From positions 22,588 through 86,587 of the forward strand of contig JAIFWN010000005.1 in the NCBI GenBank assembly GCA_019658995.1: 64,000 bases of DNA. Direction: 5' to 3'. Origin of the DNA: Candidatus Parcubacteria bacterium (lineage in GTDB: Bacteria; Patescibacteriota; Minisyncoccia; Phycocordibacterales; Zambryskibacteraceae). Below are positions 10,461 to 17,920 of this stretch, piece by piece; position 1 is the first letter of the stretch, and each line of letters begins with the position of its first letter. Both the position numbers and the translations under genes were made by a program. The notes beneath the pieces are model-generated. The model was given only the letters and a program-made list of their open reading frames with translations, made no database searches and was not told where the DNA came from.

Positions 10461-11405
10461 ATGGCAAATGGACTGGCAATCCTCGCTGCAGTCGCAAATA
10501 ACGGGGTCATTGGGAGAGAGAATGGGCTTCCATTCAATCTCAGCGACGATCTCAAGCGATTCAGGGAAATCACCCTGAATCGTGCAGTAGTGATGGGCTC
10601 AACCACTTTCGACTCGATCATCGGCAGGAACCACAAACCGCTCCCCAATCGGGAGAATATCGTCCTCACCCGTAGTCCCAAGGACAGAAAATGTGATGGA
10701 GTGAAATTCATCAGCAACTTTGGTGACATTCTCGTGCGGGCCAAGAGAGAAACAGTTTTCGTGATCGGTGGGGGTCAGATATACAATCTGGCCCTGCCAG
10801 CCGCCACCAAACTTTTTCTCACCCGAGTCCATACCGAGGTCGAAGGAGATGTTTTCTTCCCCAAAGCTCCGCGGTGGAATCCCGATGAGTGGGAACTTGA
10901 GTCGAGCACGGATCGTCTGGCAGACAAACGGAACGAGTTCTCCTTCACCTGGGAGATTTACAACCGCAAGCCGGATCGGTATATCTACATGCCGAATGTC
11001 CGTACCGTGGATCAGCTCAATTCCATGCAGGAGATCCGCGAGGCTGGCGTTTGTCCTTTCTGCCCGGAGCACCGTCGACGCTGGCATCTCAAGGAGGACG
11101 TATGGTCCGGAGTGCATTGGGTCGTGAGTGACAATATGTGGCCCTACGAATGGACCAAGGACGGCGGGCGGCATTTCATGCTCTTTCTCAAGACTCATGC
11201 GGAAAATGCCGCTGATATTCCGACGGGTGCATGGGAGGAGCTCGGGACCGTGGCTAAAATCATGGAGTCTCGGTTCGATATACCCGGCGGCGGGATCTAT
11301 ATGCGCTTCGGCGAACCTATCTGGACCGGAGCGACCATCCGTCACATACACGGACATATTGCCCAGAAGAGAGAGCCGCATATCGAAGCTGTTTTCTATC
11401 TTTAG
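10461..11405 (+). CDS. folA: dihydrofolate reductase fused to a C-terminal HIT-family (histidine triad) hydrolase domain
   Basis: Residues 1-170 align well with DHFR (IAAVANNGVIGRENGLPFNL...VIGGGQIYNLALPAATKLFLTRVHTEVEGDVFFP). Residues 175-314 carry the HIT hallmarks: CPFCPEH (the Hint-like CxFC box) and the triad HIHGHIAQ (HxHxHxx). There is no stop codon between the two domains. Confidence 0.8.
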   Translation: MANGLAILAAVANNGVIGRENGLPFNLSDDLKRFREITLNRAVVMGSTTFDSIIGRNHKPLPNRENIVLTRSPKDRKCDGVKFISNFGDILVRAKRETVFVIGGGQIYNLALPAATKLFLTRVHTEVEGDVFFPKAPRWNPDEWELESSTDRLADKRNEFSFTWEIYNRKPDRYIYMPNVRTVDQLNSMQEIREAGVCPFCPEHRRRWHLKEDVWSGVHWVVSDNMWPYEWTKDGGRHFMLFLKTHAENAADIPTGAWEELGTVAKIMESRFDIPGGGIYMRFGEPIWTGATIRHIHGHIAQKREPHIEAVFYL

Positions 11406-11415
11406 CTGGTGTAAC

Positions 11416-11446
11416 AAAAGCCGAGTCCTGGGACTCGGCTGTTTTT
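11416..11446. terminator. bidirectional intrinsic terminator between the convergent folA-HIT and dCMP-deaminase genes
   Basis: Hairpin AGCCGAGTC-CTGG-GACTCGGCT, followed by GTTTTT on the plus strand and preceded by AAAAG, which is a T-run on the minus strand. The stop codons of both genes flank it. Confidence 0.6.
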
Positions 11447-12272
11447 ATACGACTTTTATCAGTTCCACTCCGGCCTGCTTCAGGATCTTCTCTGCGTCAA
11501 GAAGCGAGTACCCGTCTCTGTAGTAAACCTTTTTTATCCCAGATGTGGCAACGAGCATGGCACAGGCCGGACATGGGAAGGTGGTGATATACAGGTCGCC
11601 GCCTTCTGTAGATATTCCGCGCTTAGCTGCTTCAGAAATTATCCAGGCCTCTCCATGCTGGGAAGTGACGATCTCCGCTATCTGAGGCCCGGCATCGAAT
11701 CCGGAGCGAGCATCGCCGTCTATGTAGTGAGAGTGCTCTGTCGGGAAGTGCTTGTTGTAGCCGGAGAGTACCGGCTTCCCGTCTTTGACCAATACTGCTC
11801 CGACATGGCGCCACCAGTCCGAGCTTTTGTCTGACTCCAGCTGCGCCAGTTGAATGAACTCCTTGTCGAGCTCCTCCGATGAGATGGCCATGTTTTCTGA
11901 TGCTGGAATTTTGGTAACGGCGTTCATGTTGTGCCAGCGCAGGAAGGCGGTGTCTCTGGTTACCTTCTTCTCCTGCAGGTACTTCTCCTCGAGCATGCGA
12001 CCGACGTCGTCACTGGAAACGACAATCTCATCGAACTTATCCAGTTCGGAGAGATTATCCTTTTCGAGGATCGAGACCTGCGGAGCAAGCGAGATGGTTT
12101 GTGCAAGTTCTCTAGCGATTTCTGGAGGGAGTTTTCTTATATCCCTCTCAAGATATGGGATCTCATCGATGAGACTTCTTCCGAGCAATAACAGGCTGTC
12201 TGGCCTTTGTCTTTTGCAAAAGTCTAGATGCCCTGTGTGAATTACCGGGAGATACAGGATTGCCGCTTTCAT
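11445..12272 (-). CDS. dCMP/cytidine deaminase-family protein with a ~130 aa N-terminal extension bearing an HxGH-like motif
   Basis: The C-terminal 145 aa has the deaminase zinc motifs HGEAWIISEAAKRG (H(A/G)E) and FPCPACAML (PCxxC), plus VGAVLVKDGKPVLSGYN. The N-terminal extension has LPVIHTGHLDF. The first 110 nt overlap the upstream ORF on the same strand. An alternative start, MAISSEELDKEF near 11888, would give a stand-alone deaminase. Confidence 0.75.
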   Translation of the reverse strand: MKAAILYLPVIHTGHLDFCKRQRPDSLLLLGRSLIDEIPYLERDIRKLPPEIARELAQTISLAPQVSILEKDNLSELDKFDEIVVSSDDVGRMLEEKYLQEKKVTRDTAFLRWHNMNAVTKIPASENMAISSEELDKEFIQLAQLESDKSSDWWRHVGAVLVKDGKPVLSGYNKHFPTEHSHYIDGDARSGFDAGPQIAEIVTSQHGEAWIISEAAKRGISTEGGDLYITTFPCPACAMLVATSGIKKVYYRDGYSLLDAEKILKQAGVELIKVV

Positions 12273-12870
12273 GGTTTATTCCTTTGAGGAAGTCGTTTAT
12301 AAGGGTCGTTATCTTTATGCCAAGCTGCTCTGCGCCATCAACCATCATGCGCCTTAGTTTGGCGGTAGTGGTAGTGGACGCCTGGGCAGGCAGGATCTGG
12401 ATATCTCCGCAGTATCTTAGCAGATTTTGCCTGTCTTTATCTTTGAAGTCTTCAGTGGTCTGTGACATAACCAAAACATCCGGTTTGACCGTTCTTATGA
12501 GGTCATATATATGTTCATTATGATCTCTTGTAGTTACGATATCGACGGTACGCAAGCTCGCCAAGATCTCAAGCCTGTCATTGAGCCAGTCGAAAGGCCG
12601 GTTGGGACCTTTCCTCTTCCTTGTCAGCTCATCTGTATCCACACCGATTATGAGAATGTCACCATGACTTTTGGCAGCTTCGAGATAGCGTTTATGTCCG
12701 ACATGAAAGAGGTCATAAACACCTTGAGTGAGCACAATGCGATATCCGGATTGTTTCAAAGTTTTGACCACGGAATCCAAAGTGCTTCTGTCAGAAATGT
12801 ATCTGTCTTCGAATCGAAGTGAGCCGCTGACTATATTCTTGACAAGTTGTGATTTCTCGGTCGTTTTCAT
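12163..12870 (-). CDS. cytidylyl/adenylyltransferase-like nucleotidyltransferase (RfaE domain II / HldE C-terminal type)
   Basis: LTQGVYDLFHVGHKRYLEAAKSHGDILIIGVDTD is the (T/H)xGH class I nucleotidyltransferase signature. It is followed by VDIVTTRD..PDVLVMSQ..STTTTAKLRRMM, which resembles HldE domain II. The last ~36 aa are low-complexity and overlap the next gene. Confidence 0.65.
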   Translation of the reverse strand: MKTTEKSQLVKNIVSGSLRFEDRYISDRSTLDSVVKTLKQSGYRIVLTQGVYDLFHVGHKRYLEAAKSHGDILIIGVDTDELTRKRKGPNRPFDWLNDRLEILASLRTVDIVTTRDHNEHIYDLIRTVKPDVLVMSQTTEDFKDKDRQNLLRYCGDIQILPAQASTTTTAKLRRMMVDGAEQLGIKITTLINDFLKGINHESGNPVSPGNSHRASRLLQKTKARQPVIARKKSHR

Positions 12871-12910
12871 GAGTAAAATTATATTTAAGTAATATCATAC
12901 CCGTATGAAT

Positions 12911-12940
12911 AACAAAAGACCCGCTTTCGCGGGTCTTTTG
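12911..12940 (-). terminator. intrinsic terminator immediately after rplK
   Basis: Minus-strand reading: GACCCGC-GAAA-GCGGGTC followed by TTTTGTT. It sits directly after the rplK stop codon. Confidence 0.65.
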
Positions 12941-12941
12941 T

Positions 12942-13364
12942 CTATTTCACGTCCACGCCCATCGAGCGGGCGGAGCCCTCGATAATCTTCATAGCGGCAT
13001 CGATGTCGTTGGCATTTAGGTCTGCCATCTTCTTCTCAGCAATTTCCTTGACCTGCTTTTTGGTGATAGTGCCGATCTTTGAAGTATTAGGTTTGCCGGA
13101 ACCGCTCTCTTTGCCCAGTGCTTTCAATATCAAATTGGATGCCGGCTCCGTCTTGTAGATCATGTGGTAAGTACGGTCTTCGTATACTTCGACGACTGTA
13201 GGGACGATTTCACCCGCTCTTCCCTTGGTCTCGTCGTTAAAACGCTTGACGAACTCGCCGATGTTTATACCCGCGCTTCCGAGCACTGGTCCCAACTGCT
13301 GGCCAGGTACGGCCTTACCGCCTGGGATCTGGAGCTTCAATACTTTTGTAACTTTCTTAGCCAT
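12942..13364 (-). CDS. rplK: 50S ribosomal protein L11
   Basis: MAKKVTKVLKLQIPGGKA..PGQQLGPVLGSAGINIGEFVKRFN, the canonical L11 sequence. 140 aa. Confidence 0.93.
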   Translation of the reverse strand: MAKKVTKVLKLQIPGGKAVPGQQLGPVLGSAGINIGEFVKRFNDETKGRAGEIVPTVVEVYEDRTYHMIYKTEPASNLILKALGKESGSGKPNTSKIGTITKKQVKEIAEKKMADLNANDIDAAMKIIEGSARSMGVDVK

Positions 13365-13387
13365 TTTGGTGAGACAGATAGATTACC

Positions 13388-13933
13388 TTACATCTTCTTG
13401 ACCTGCAAGAAGTCGAGCTCCACCGGAGTCTCTCGGCCGAACATGCTGACCAGAACCTTGACTTTGCCTCTCTCCTGATCGATCTCGGAGACCTTGCCCT
13501 CAAGCTCCTTGAAGGGTCCGTCGACTATGAGCACCGCGTCGTCGGTAGAAAGGTTAATAGTGTGCATGACCTTGTCGGCGTTCATGCGGGCGAAGAGGGA
13601 GTCGACCTCCTTCTTGTCTATCGGTACCGGATACACGCCGGAACCGACGAAGCCGGTCACTCTGGGGGTATTCCTCACCACGTACCATGAGTCGTCGGTA
13701 ACGATCATATCTACAAGAATGTAGCCCGGATATATCTTCTCTTCCTCCTCTACCCTTTTGCCTCCCTTAATCTTGATCTTCTTCTCGGTAGGGACAATTA
13801 CGTTGAAGATTTTGTCCTCCATACCTAGGGACTCAATACGCTGCTTCAAGTTCCTCTGCACGGCGTTTTCATATCCGGCGTAAGTGTGGATGACATACCA
13901 ATTGCGGCCCTCGGAGATTTTTTGTTTTGCCAT
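13388..13933 (-). CDS. nusG: transcription termination/antitermination factor NusG
   Basis: WYVIHTYAGYENAVQRNL (NGN domain) and a C-terminal KOW motif (GPFKELEGKVSEID..KVKVLVSMFGRETPVELD). Confidence 0.92.
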   Translation of the reverse strand: MAKQKISEGRNWYVIHTYAGYENAVQRNLKQRIESLGMEDKIFNVIVPTEKKIKIKGGKRVEEEEKIYPGYILVDMIVTDDSWYVVRNTPRVTGFVGSGVYPVPIDKKEVDSLFARMNADKVMHTINLSTDDAVLIVDGPFKELEGKVSEIDQERGKVKVLVSMFGRETPVELDFLQVKKM

Positions 13934-13943
13934 ATATGAAAAG

Positions 13944-14126
13944 TTAAAGTACGAACTTCTGGATTACGAGTGAGAGTACGTAGTCGAAAAAACCAAGAAC
14001 TAAGGACGTCAAGATGGAGACACCGATCACTATAAGTGTGAAGGCAACAGCCTGGTTGCGGCTAGGCCACTTAACATGTACCAGCTCCGCTCTCGTATCG
14101 CGTATATATTGGATAAATCTGTTCAT
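13944..14126 (-). CDS. secE: preprotein translocase subunit SecE
   Basis: 60 aa with RAELVHVKWPSRNQAVAFTLIVIGVSILTSLVLGFFD, a single TM. It sits directly upstream of nusG, the conserved secE-nusG-rplK order. Confidence 0.8.
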   Translation of the reverse strand: MNRFIQYIRDTRAELVHVKWPSRNQAVAFTLIVIGVSILTSLVLGFFDYVLSLVIQKFVL

Positions 14127-14132
14127 TTTACT

Positions 14133-14158
14133 AAAAAACGCCCTCCTCGGCGTCTTTC
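14133..14158 (-). terminator. intrinsic terminator upstream of secE (ends the SIMPL-domain gene)
   Basis: Minus-strand reading: GACGCC-GAGGAG-GGCGTT followed by TTTTAG. The stem has 5 Watson-Crick pairs plus a G-U pair, then a T-run. Confidence 0.55.
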
Positions 14159-14186
14159 AGATAATACTATAGAACCACTATAGATG

Positions 14187-14978
14187 TCAACGAATTTCGT
14201 ACGTCACGCTTACGTTCGAGGTGATCTTGTTTTGGCCAGCCGGAAGACTCGGCGCTGACGACGTATCAGCGGCACCGGTCTGAGCTTCGAGCTTGTAGAC
14301 CGGATAAGGACCGGGGTTATAGGTGCTGTCGTTGAAGTCTACTACCCGACCGAGCCTAACTCCGAGAGACTTCGCCAAAGTCTTAGCTTTCTCCCTGGCT
14401 TCCTTAACTGCTTCGTCCCTGGCTTCGTTCATGATCGACTCCGGATCATCTATGGTAAAGGCAAGCGAGGAGATGTTAGTTGCGCCCTTGGCTCCCGCGG
14501 CAGCCAGAGCCTTTCCAGCATCATCGGTCTTCCTGACCTTGACCTCGACGCTGTGCGTCACTGTGTATCCGTCCGGTATCTGGCGCGACGGAGGACAGAA
14601 TGTCGGAGAGCAGGCTACGGGCTGGTAGGTATACTTGGGGTAAACGGAGTAGTCGGTAGTGCGTATGTCCTTCTCCTCTATTCCGAGTTCTTTGAGAGCG
14701 TTCATTATGGAATTGGTCTTCTGTGTAACCGTATCCTGCGCTCCGCCTACGCTCGAGGCATCAGCCGAGACGGTGAAAGTGAAGTTCGCCACGTCCGGTG
14801 TGGCGAAAGCCTCTCCATGGCCCGTAACCACGATAGTGTTGAAGGCCGCGCTGGGGCTCCTCCAGTCTTTGAAAGCATTCAGGCTCTTAAACAAGAGAAA
14901 TATGCCCAGCAATACCACTACGACCGTCGCCCACTTGAAGAAGCGCTTGACCTCTTCGTGTTCAAAATATTCATTCAT
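14187..14978 (-). CDS. SIMPL-domain (DUF541) protein, membrane-anchored
   Basis: N-terminal TM, then TIVVTGHGEAFATPDVANFTFTV and a C-terminal region typical of SIMPL/YggE-like periplasmic proteins. Confidence 0.65.
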   Translation of the reverse strand: MNEYFEHEEVKRFFKWATVVVVLLGIFLLFKSLNAFKDWRSPSAAFNTIVVTGHGEAFATPDVANFTFTVSADASSVGGAQDTVTQKTNSIMNALKELGIEEKDIRTTDYSVYPKYTYQPVACSPTFCPPSRQIPDGYTVTHSVEVKVRKTDDAGKALAAAGAKGATNISSLAFTIDDPESIMNEARDEAVKEAREKAKTLAKSLGVRLGRVVDFNDSTYNPGPYPVYKLEAQTGAADTSSAPSLPAGQNKITSNVSVTYEIR

Positions 14979-15008
14979 GAAAGAAGTATATCCCAGCCGC
15001 TGAGAACT

Positions 15009-15782
15009 TTACAAGCTCCGGACTTTCCGGCGCCACCACTCCCTTTCGGAGAGAAAGATGTTGAAAACCAGTATGGTGAAGCTTACCGAAAGGAGTCCGA
15101 GCGATATGCCCGCCAAGACATCCAGAGCGAAATGCGCTCCAAGATAAACCCTTGAGAAGCATACGAGACCCGCTCCAATAAGGCAGAGTGTAACCAAAGA
15201 GATTTTGACGCTCCAGGTTTTTGGCCAGCTGAAGAAGGAGTACCCTGTCACGAAAAAGAAGGCCGTGGCGACAGTGGCATGGCCAGAAGGGTAGCTCCAG
15301 CTCGAGAGCTGTTCCACCAGGCTGTATACCGGACGTGGAATACCGAGAAAATTTTTCATCATGATGAAGGAAACTATCGAGAGCGTAATGGAGACCATAT
15401 AAAGCAGAGTGTCGTAAGTATCCCTGTGAAGTACGAGGAGTATGGCAAGGCCAATGGCGATAGCAGAAAGCACGAGCGGAGATCCGGCATTGGTAATGAA
15501 AAGCATTATGGTAGTAAGGAGCGGAGTGCGAAAGTGCGAGATTGCCGTCTCTACCGCGTTATTAAAGGGGGTAAGTTCGCCCGCCCCGCTCTGCACTCCG
15601 GTAGTAATAACGAGAAGGGTCAGGCCGGAAAAAATGCAGACGAGAAGGAACCACATATTTTTTATCACCCGCGAAAGATTCATGTATAAAACAATTTTAT
15701 CATATAAAAGGTAAGCCCGACGCGCATGCGTCGGGCTGGTGATGAAGGACGAACCGTCAGGAGTGACGAGTCGTTTGCGCAC
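15009..15782 (-). CDS. PAP2-superfamily phosphatase (undecaprenyl-diphosphatase-like)
   Basis: PAP2 motifs KxxxxxxRP (GIPRP), PSGH (YPSGHAT) and SRxxxxxHxxxD (SRVYLGAHFALDV), with 6 predicted TM helices. The true start is probably MNLSRVIKNMWFLL at 15683. The upstream 33 codons look non-coding. Confidence 0.75.
   Translation of the reverse strand: MRKRLVTPDGSSFITSPTHARRAYLLYDKIVLYMNLSRVIKNMWFLLVCIFSGLTLLVITTGVQSGAGELTPFNNAVETAISHFRTPLLTTIMLFITNAGSPLVLSAIAIGLAILLVLHRDTYDTLLYMVSITLSIVSFIMMKNFLGIPRPVYSLVEQLSSWSYPSGHATVATAFFFVTGYSFFSWPKTWSVKISLVTLCLIGAGLVCFSRVYLGAHFALDVLAGISLGLLSVSFTILVFNIFLSEREWWRRKVRSL
15714..15735. repeat. perfect 22-nt palindrome GCCCGACGCGCATGCGTCGGGC
   Basis: The sequence is its own reverse complement and can form a 9-bp GC-rich stem with a GCAT loop. 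It sits ~30 nt upstream of the likely PAP2 start at the edge of a GC-rich block with no assigned gene. Confidence 0.9.
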
Positions 15783-16073
15783 CTAGTGCACTTGTCCCGC
15801 GATCAGTCTCTCGACCTGGCTTCGTGCGCCGAGGGCGGCGCCGTCCCGCAGAAGATCGACAACTCCTTCGATCTGCTGCGGCTGGAGGCCGCTGCTTCTG
15901 ACGAGAGCCCTCATCTGCGAATCACGCTCGTGTTGCTCCCCTGGTCCGCCGCCAATGCCTGCATACTTGACGCAGCCGCTGACGATTCTCTGCGCCTTCT
16001 GACGTTGGTCAGAGTCGAGAGATTGGCGTACCGGGGAGGAGGGATTCGATGAGGATGTCGCGGATCTCTTCAT
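15783..16073 (-). CDS. hypothetical ORF in a GC-rich block; coding status uncertain
   Basis: 96 aa ORF rich in S/Q/R/G with strong GC3 bias. A plus-strand ORF (15726-16052) with equally strong GC3 bias overlaps it. Neither has a recognisable motif. Confidence 0.2.
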   Translation of the reverse strand: MKRSATSSSNPSSPVRQSLDSDQRQKAQRIVSGCVKYAGIGGGPGEQHERDSQMRALVRSSGLQPQQIEGVVDLLRDGAALGARSQVERLIAGQVH

Positions 16074-16251
16074 GCTTGGTACCTCTGGGTGAGAAGTTGG
16101 AGGCCCTACATGGGAGGAGGGATACTAAGGTGCTTAACTGCTTTGCCTGCGTCTTATATAACTAAAAAACTTTCACTTCGTCAAGTCCTCGGGCCTCCAG
16201 TATTTCCTTTCAGCTCTGTAATTTAGTACGCACATTCGCGTCTAAATAAAC

Positions 16252-16725
16252 ATGGAGGAATTACTTTTGAACAAGCTAAAAGCGCTCTATGATATCGAGT
16301 CTGTCATTATTGACAACCTGCCCAAACTTGCCGAAGCCGCTACAGACAACGACCTGAAGAAGGTCCTCAACGATCACCTTAAGGAAACAAAGGATCAGTC
16401 CAAGCGGCTCGAAGAAGCCTTTAAATTGCTCGGAGAAACACCGGACAGGCTAGAGAGCGAGGCCATCAGAGGCCTGGTCAAGGATGCGGAGTGGTGCGTG
16501 GAAAATATAGAAGAGGGTGATCAGCTAGACCTTGCCCTGATCGGGGCCGCGAGCTATGTGGAACACTATGAGATGGCCGGCTACAACTCCGCGCGCATGC
16601 TAGCCGAAGCCTCCGCCGAGAGCGAAGTTGCGGATCTACTCGATGCGACCTTCACTGAGGAAGAGACAGCGGATATGAAGCTCAGCGATCTGGCAACAAT
16701 TATCTCCGGACGGTTATCCTCATAA
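16252..16725 (+). CDS. ferritin-like YciE/YciF-family (DUF892) protein
   Basis: 157 aa helical protein. The conserved LNDHLKETKDQSKRLEEAFKLLGE and EHYEMAGYNSARMLAEA match the DUF892 pattern. Confidence 0.6.
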   Translation: MEELLLNKLKALYDIESVIIDNLPKLAEAATDNDLKKVLNDHLKETKDQSKRLEEAFKLLGETPDRLESEAIRGLVKDAEWCVENIEEGDQLDLALIGAASYVEHYEMAGYNSARMLAEASAESEVADLLDATFTEEETADMKLSDLATIISGRLSS

Positions 16726-17340
16726 TTCCGGCAGCGAACGCAGGAGCGGGATTATCAAATCGAAATATTTTTTAACCACCGGGGACTCGGCTATTTTGTC
16801 CTGCTTGTATCTGATAACGTCATCGATCTTCACGTCATAGAATTTCCAGGAGTGACCTTCGTCGAGATAGATGTTCAGTATCGGCATGATCTTATCGAGT
16901 GCGTACACGAATTTGCTCTCTTGGTCTTCCCTTTTTTCGTACCCTTCTATTATTCCGTGGAGTTCATCGAATTCAGGAAACTCTTTACGGATCCTTTCTG
17001 CGGCTTCCTGCTCCCTATCATGCTTGGTTTGCCTCTCCCCTTCGAACTTTCTGTGAACATCCGATGGCGTATCGCCAGCGTAGGCTTCAACCAGATCGTG
17101 CGCTAGGGCGTACTTCAGTACTTTTTCCATATCGAACTTCATCTCATTGGCTATTGCTATATACCATGCAGTAATAGCCAGCTGGAAGCTGTGCTCGGCA
17201 TCATTTTCATCCGTACCGTCTTTGAACTTTATCTTGCGTTCCACTTCGCGAAACTTCCGCGTCAGCTCTATGAATTTAAGAAGCTTATTCATTAGATATA
17301 AGTTTACTAAACCAATCATCAATATTTGTCTCCGGCGCAT
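16720..17340 (-). CDS. HD-domain phosphohydrolase (YfbR-like 5'-deoxynucleotidase family)
   Basis: Contains NDAEHSFQLAITAWYIA...LAHDLVEAYAGDTP, i.e. the H...HD...D metal-binding arrangement of HD hydrolases. The true start is probably MNKLLKF near 17292. Confidence 0.7.
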   Translation of the reverse strand: MRRRQILMIGLVNLYLMNKLLKFIELTRKFREVERKIKFKDGTDENDAEHSFQLAITAWYIAIANEMKFDMEKVLKYALAHDLVEAYAGDTPSDVHRKFEGERQTKHDREQEAAERIRKEFPEFDELHGIIEGYEKREDQESKFVYALDKIMPILNIYLDEGHSWKFYDVKIDDVIRYKQDKIAESPVVKKYFDLIIPLLRSLPEL

Positions 17341-17920
17341 ATTTTATCGGATTCTCGGAATCGGCAGGCCGTTCAAAATTATATGAATCTTCAGTAAGCC
17401 ACTTCGACGGAACATCGTGACGTTCCTTGGTTATTCTGTTTCTTTCTCTCCTTTCTTTGAGAACTTGCGCCGGCACATCCAAGTAAACAAGCACAGAGTC
17501 TGCCCCGACACTTTGTGCAACCGAGCGTAATTCGTCGCGCTGCCACAGGTGAAGGCAGACATCATCAAACACTACTGATTTGCCCAGTGAGAGATGATTT
17601 TTCGCCCCCTGAACGGCAATAGGCCACAAGTCTTTGGTCCATAGCTTGTCGTCATCTTCATCATCGGTGATTTCAAGAGCCAGCATTTTCTCAAGGGCGA
17701 AGTAGATCCTGTCACGCCCGACGATTTCCGCCCCAAAGCGATTACTAATCTCCTTGGCTAGGGTCGTCTTACCCGAAAAAGCTTCCCCACAAACTATAAA
17801 GAGAGTTGGTTTATTCATGCCTAGAGTATATACCTCATCAGTGCTAGGATGAATTCGGAGTTTAGGGCTTCCATCCCGGGTGCCCAGTACCTTCAAAGCC
17901 GGTGGCTTATGCCGAGGCAA
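17285..17920 (-). CDS. P-loop nucleoside/nucleotide kinase-like protein (AAA_33-type)
   Basis: Walker A box FIVCGEAFSGKTTLAKEI, and a lid-like region LKERRERNRITKERHD. The true start is probably MNKPTLFIVCG near 17818. Confidence 0.6.
   Translation of the reverse strand: MPRHKPPALKVLGTRDGSPKLRIHPSTDEVYTLGMNKPTLFIVCGEAFSGKTTLAKEISNRFGAEIVGRDRIYFALEKMLALEITDDEDDDKLWTKDLWPIAVQGAKNHLSLGKSVVFDDVCLHLWQRDELRSVAQSVGADSVLVYLDVPAQVLKERRERNRITKERHDVPSKWLTEDSYNFERPADSENPIKYAPETNIDDWFSKLISNE

Noticed and set aside
15684-16250. tmRNA, RNase P RNA or SRP RNA in the GC-rich gene-free block
   Set aside because: None of the diagnostic sequences were found on either strand: the tRNA-like 3' end with TTCGA-type T-loop plus CCA, the P4 helix strands, or the GGAAG..AGCAGC domain IV. 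A GGATTCGAT string at 16041 has no matching acceptor or 3' structure. The block is left as unexplained rather than called as an ncRNA.
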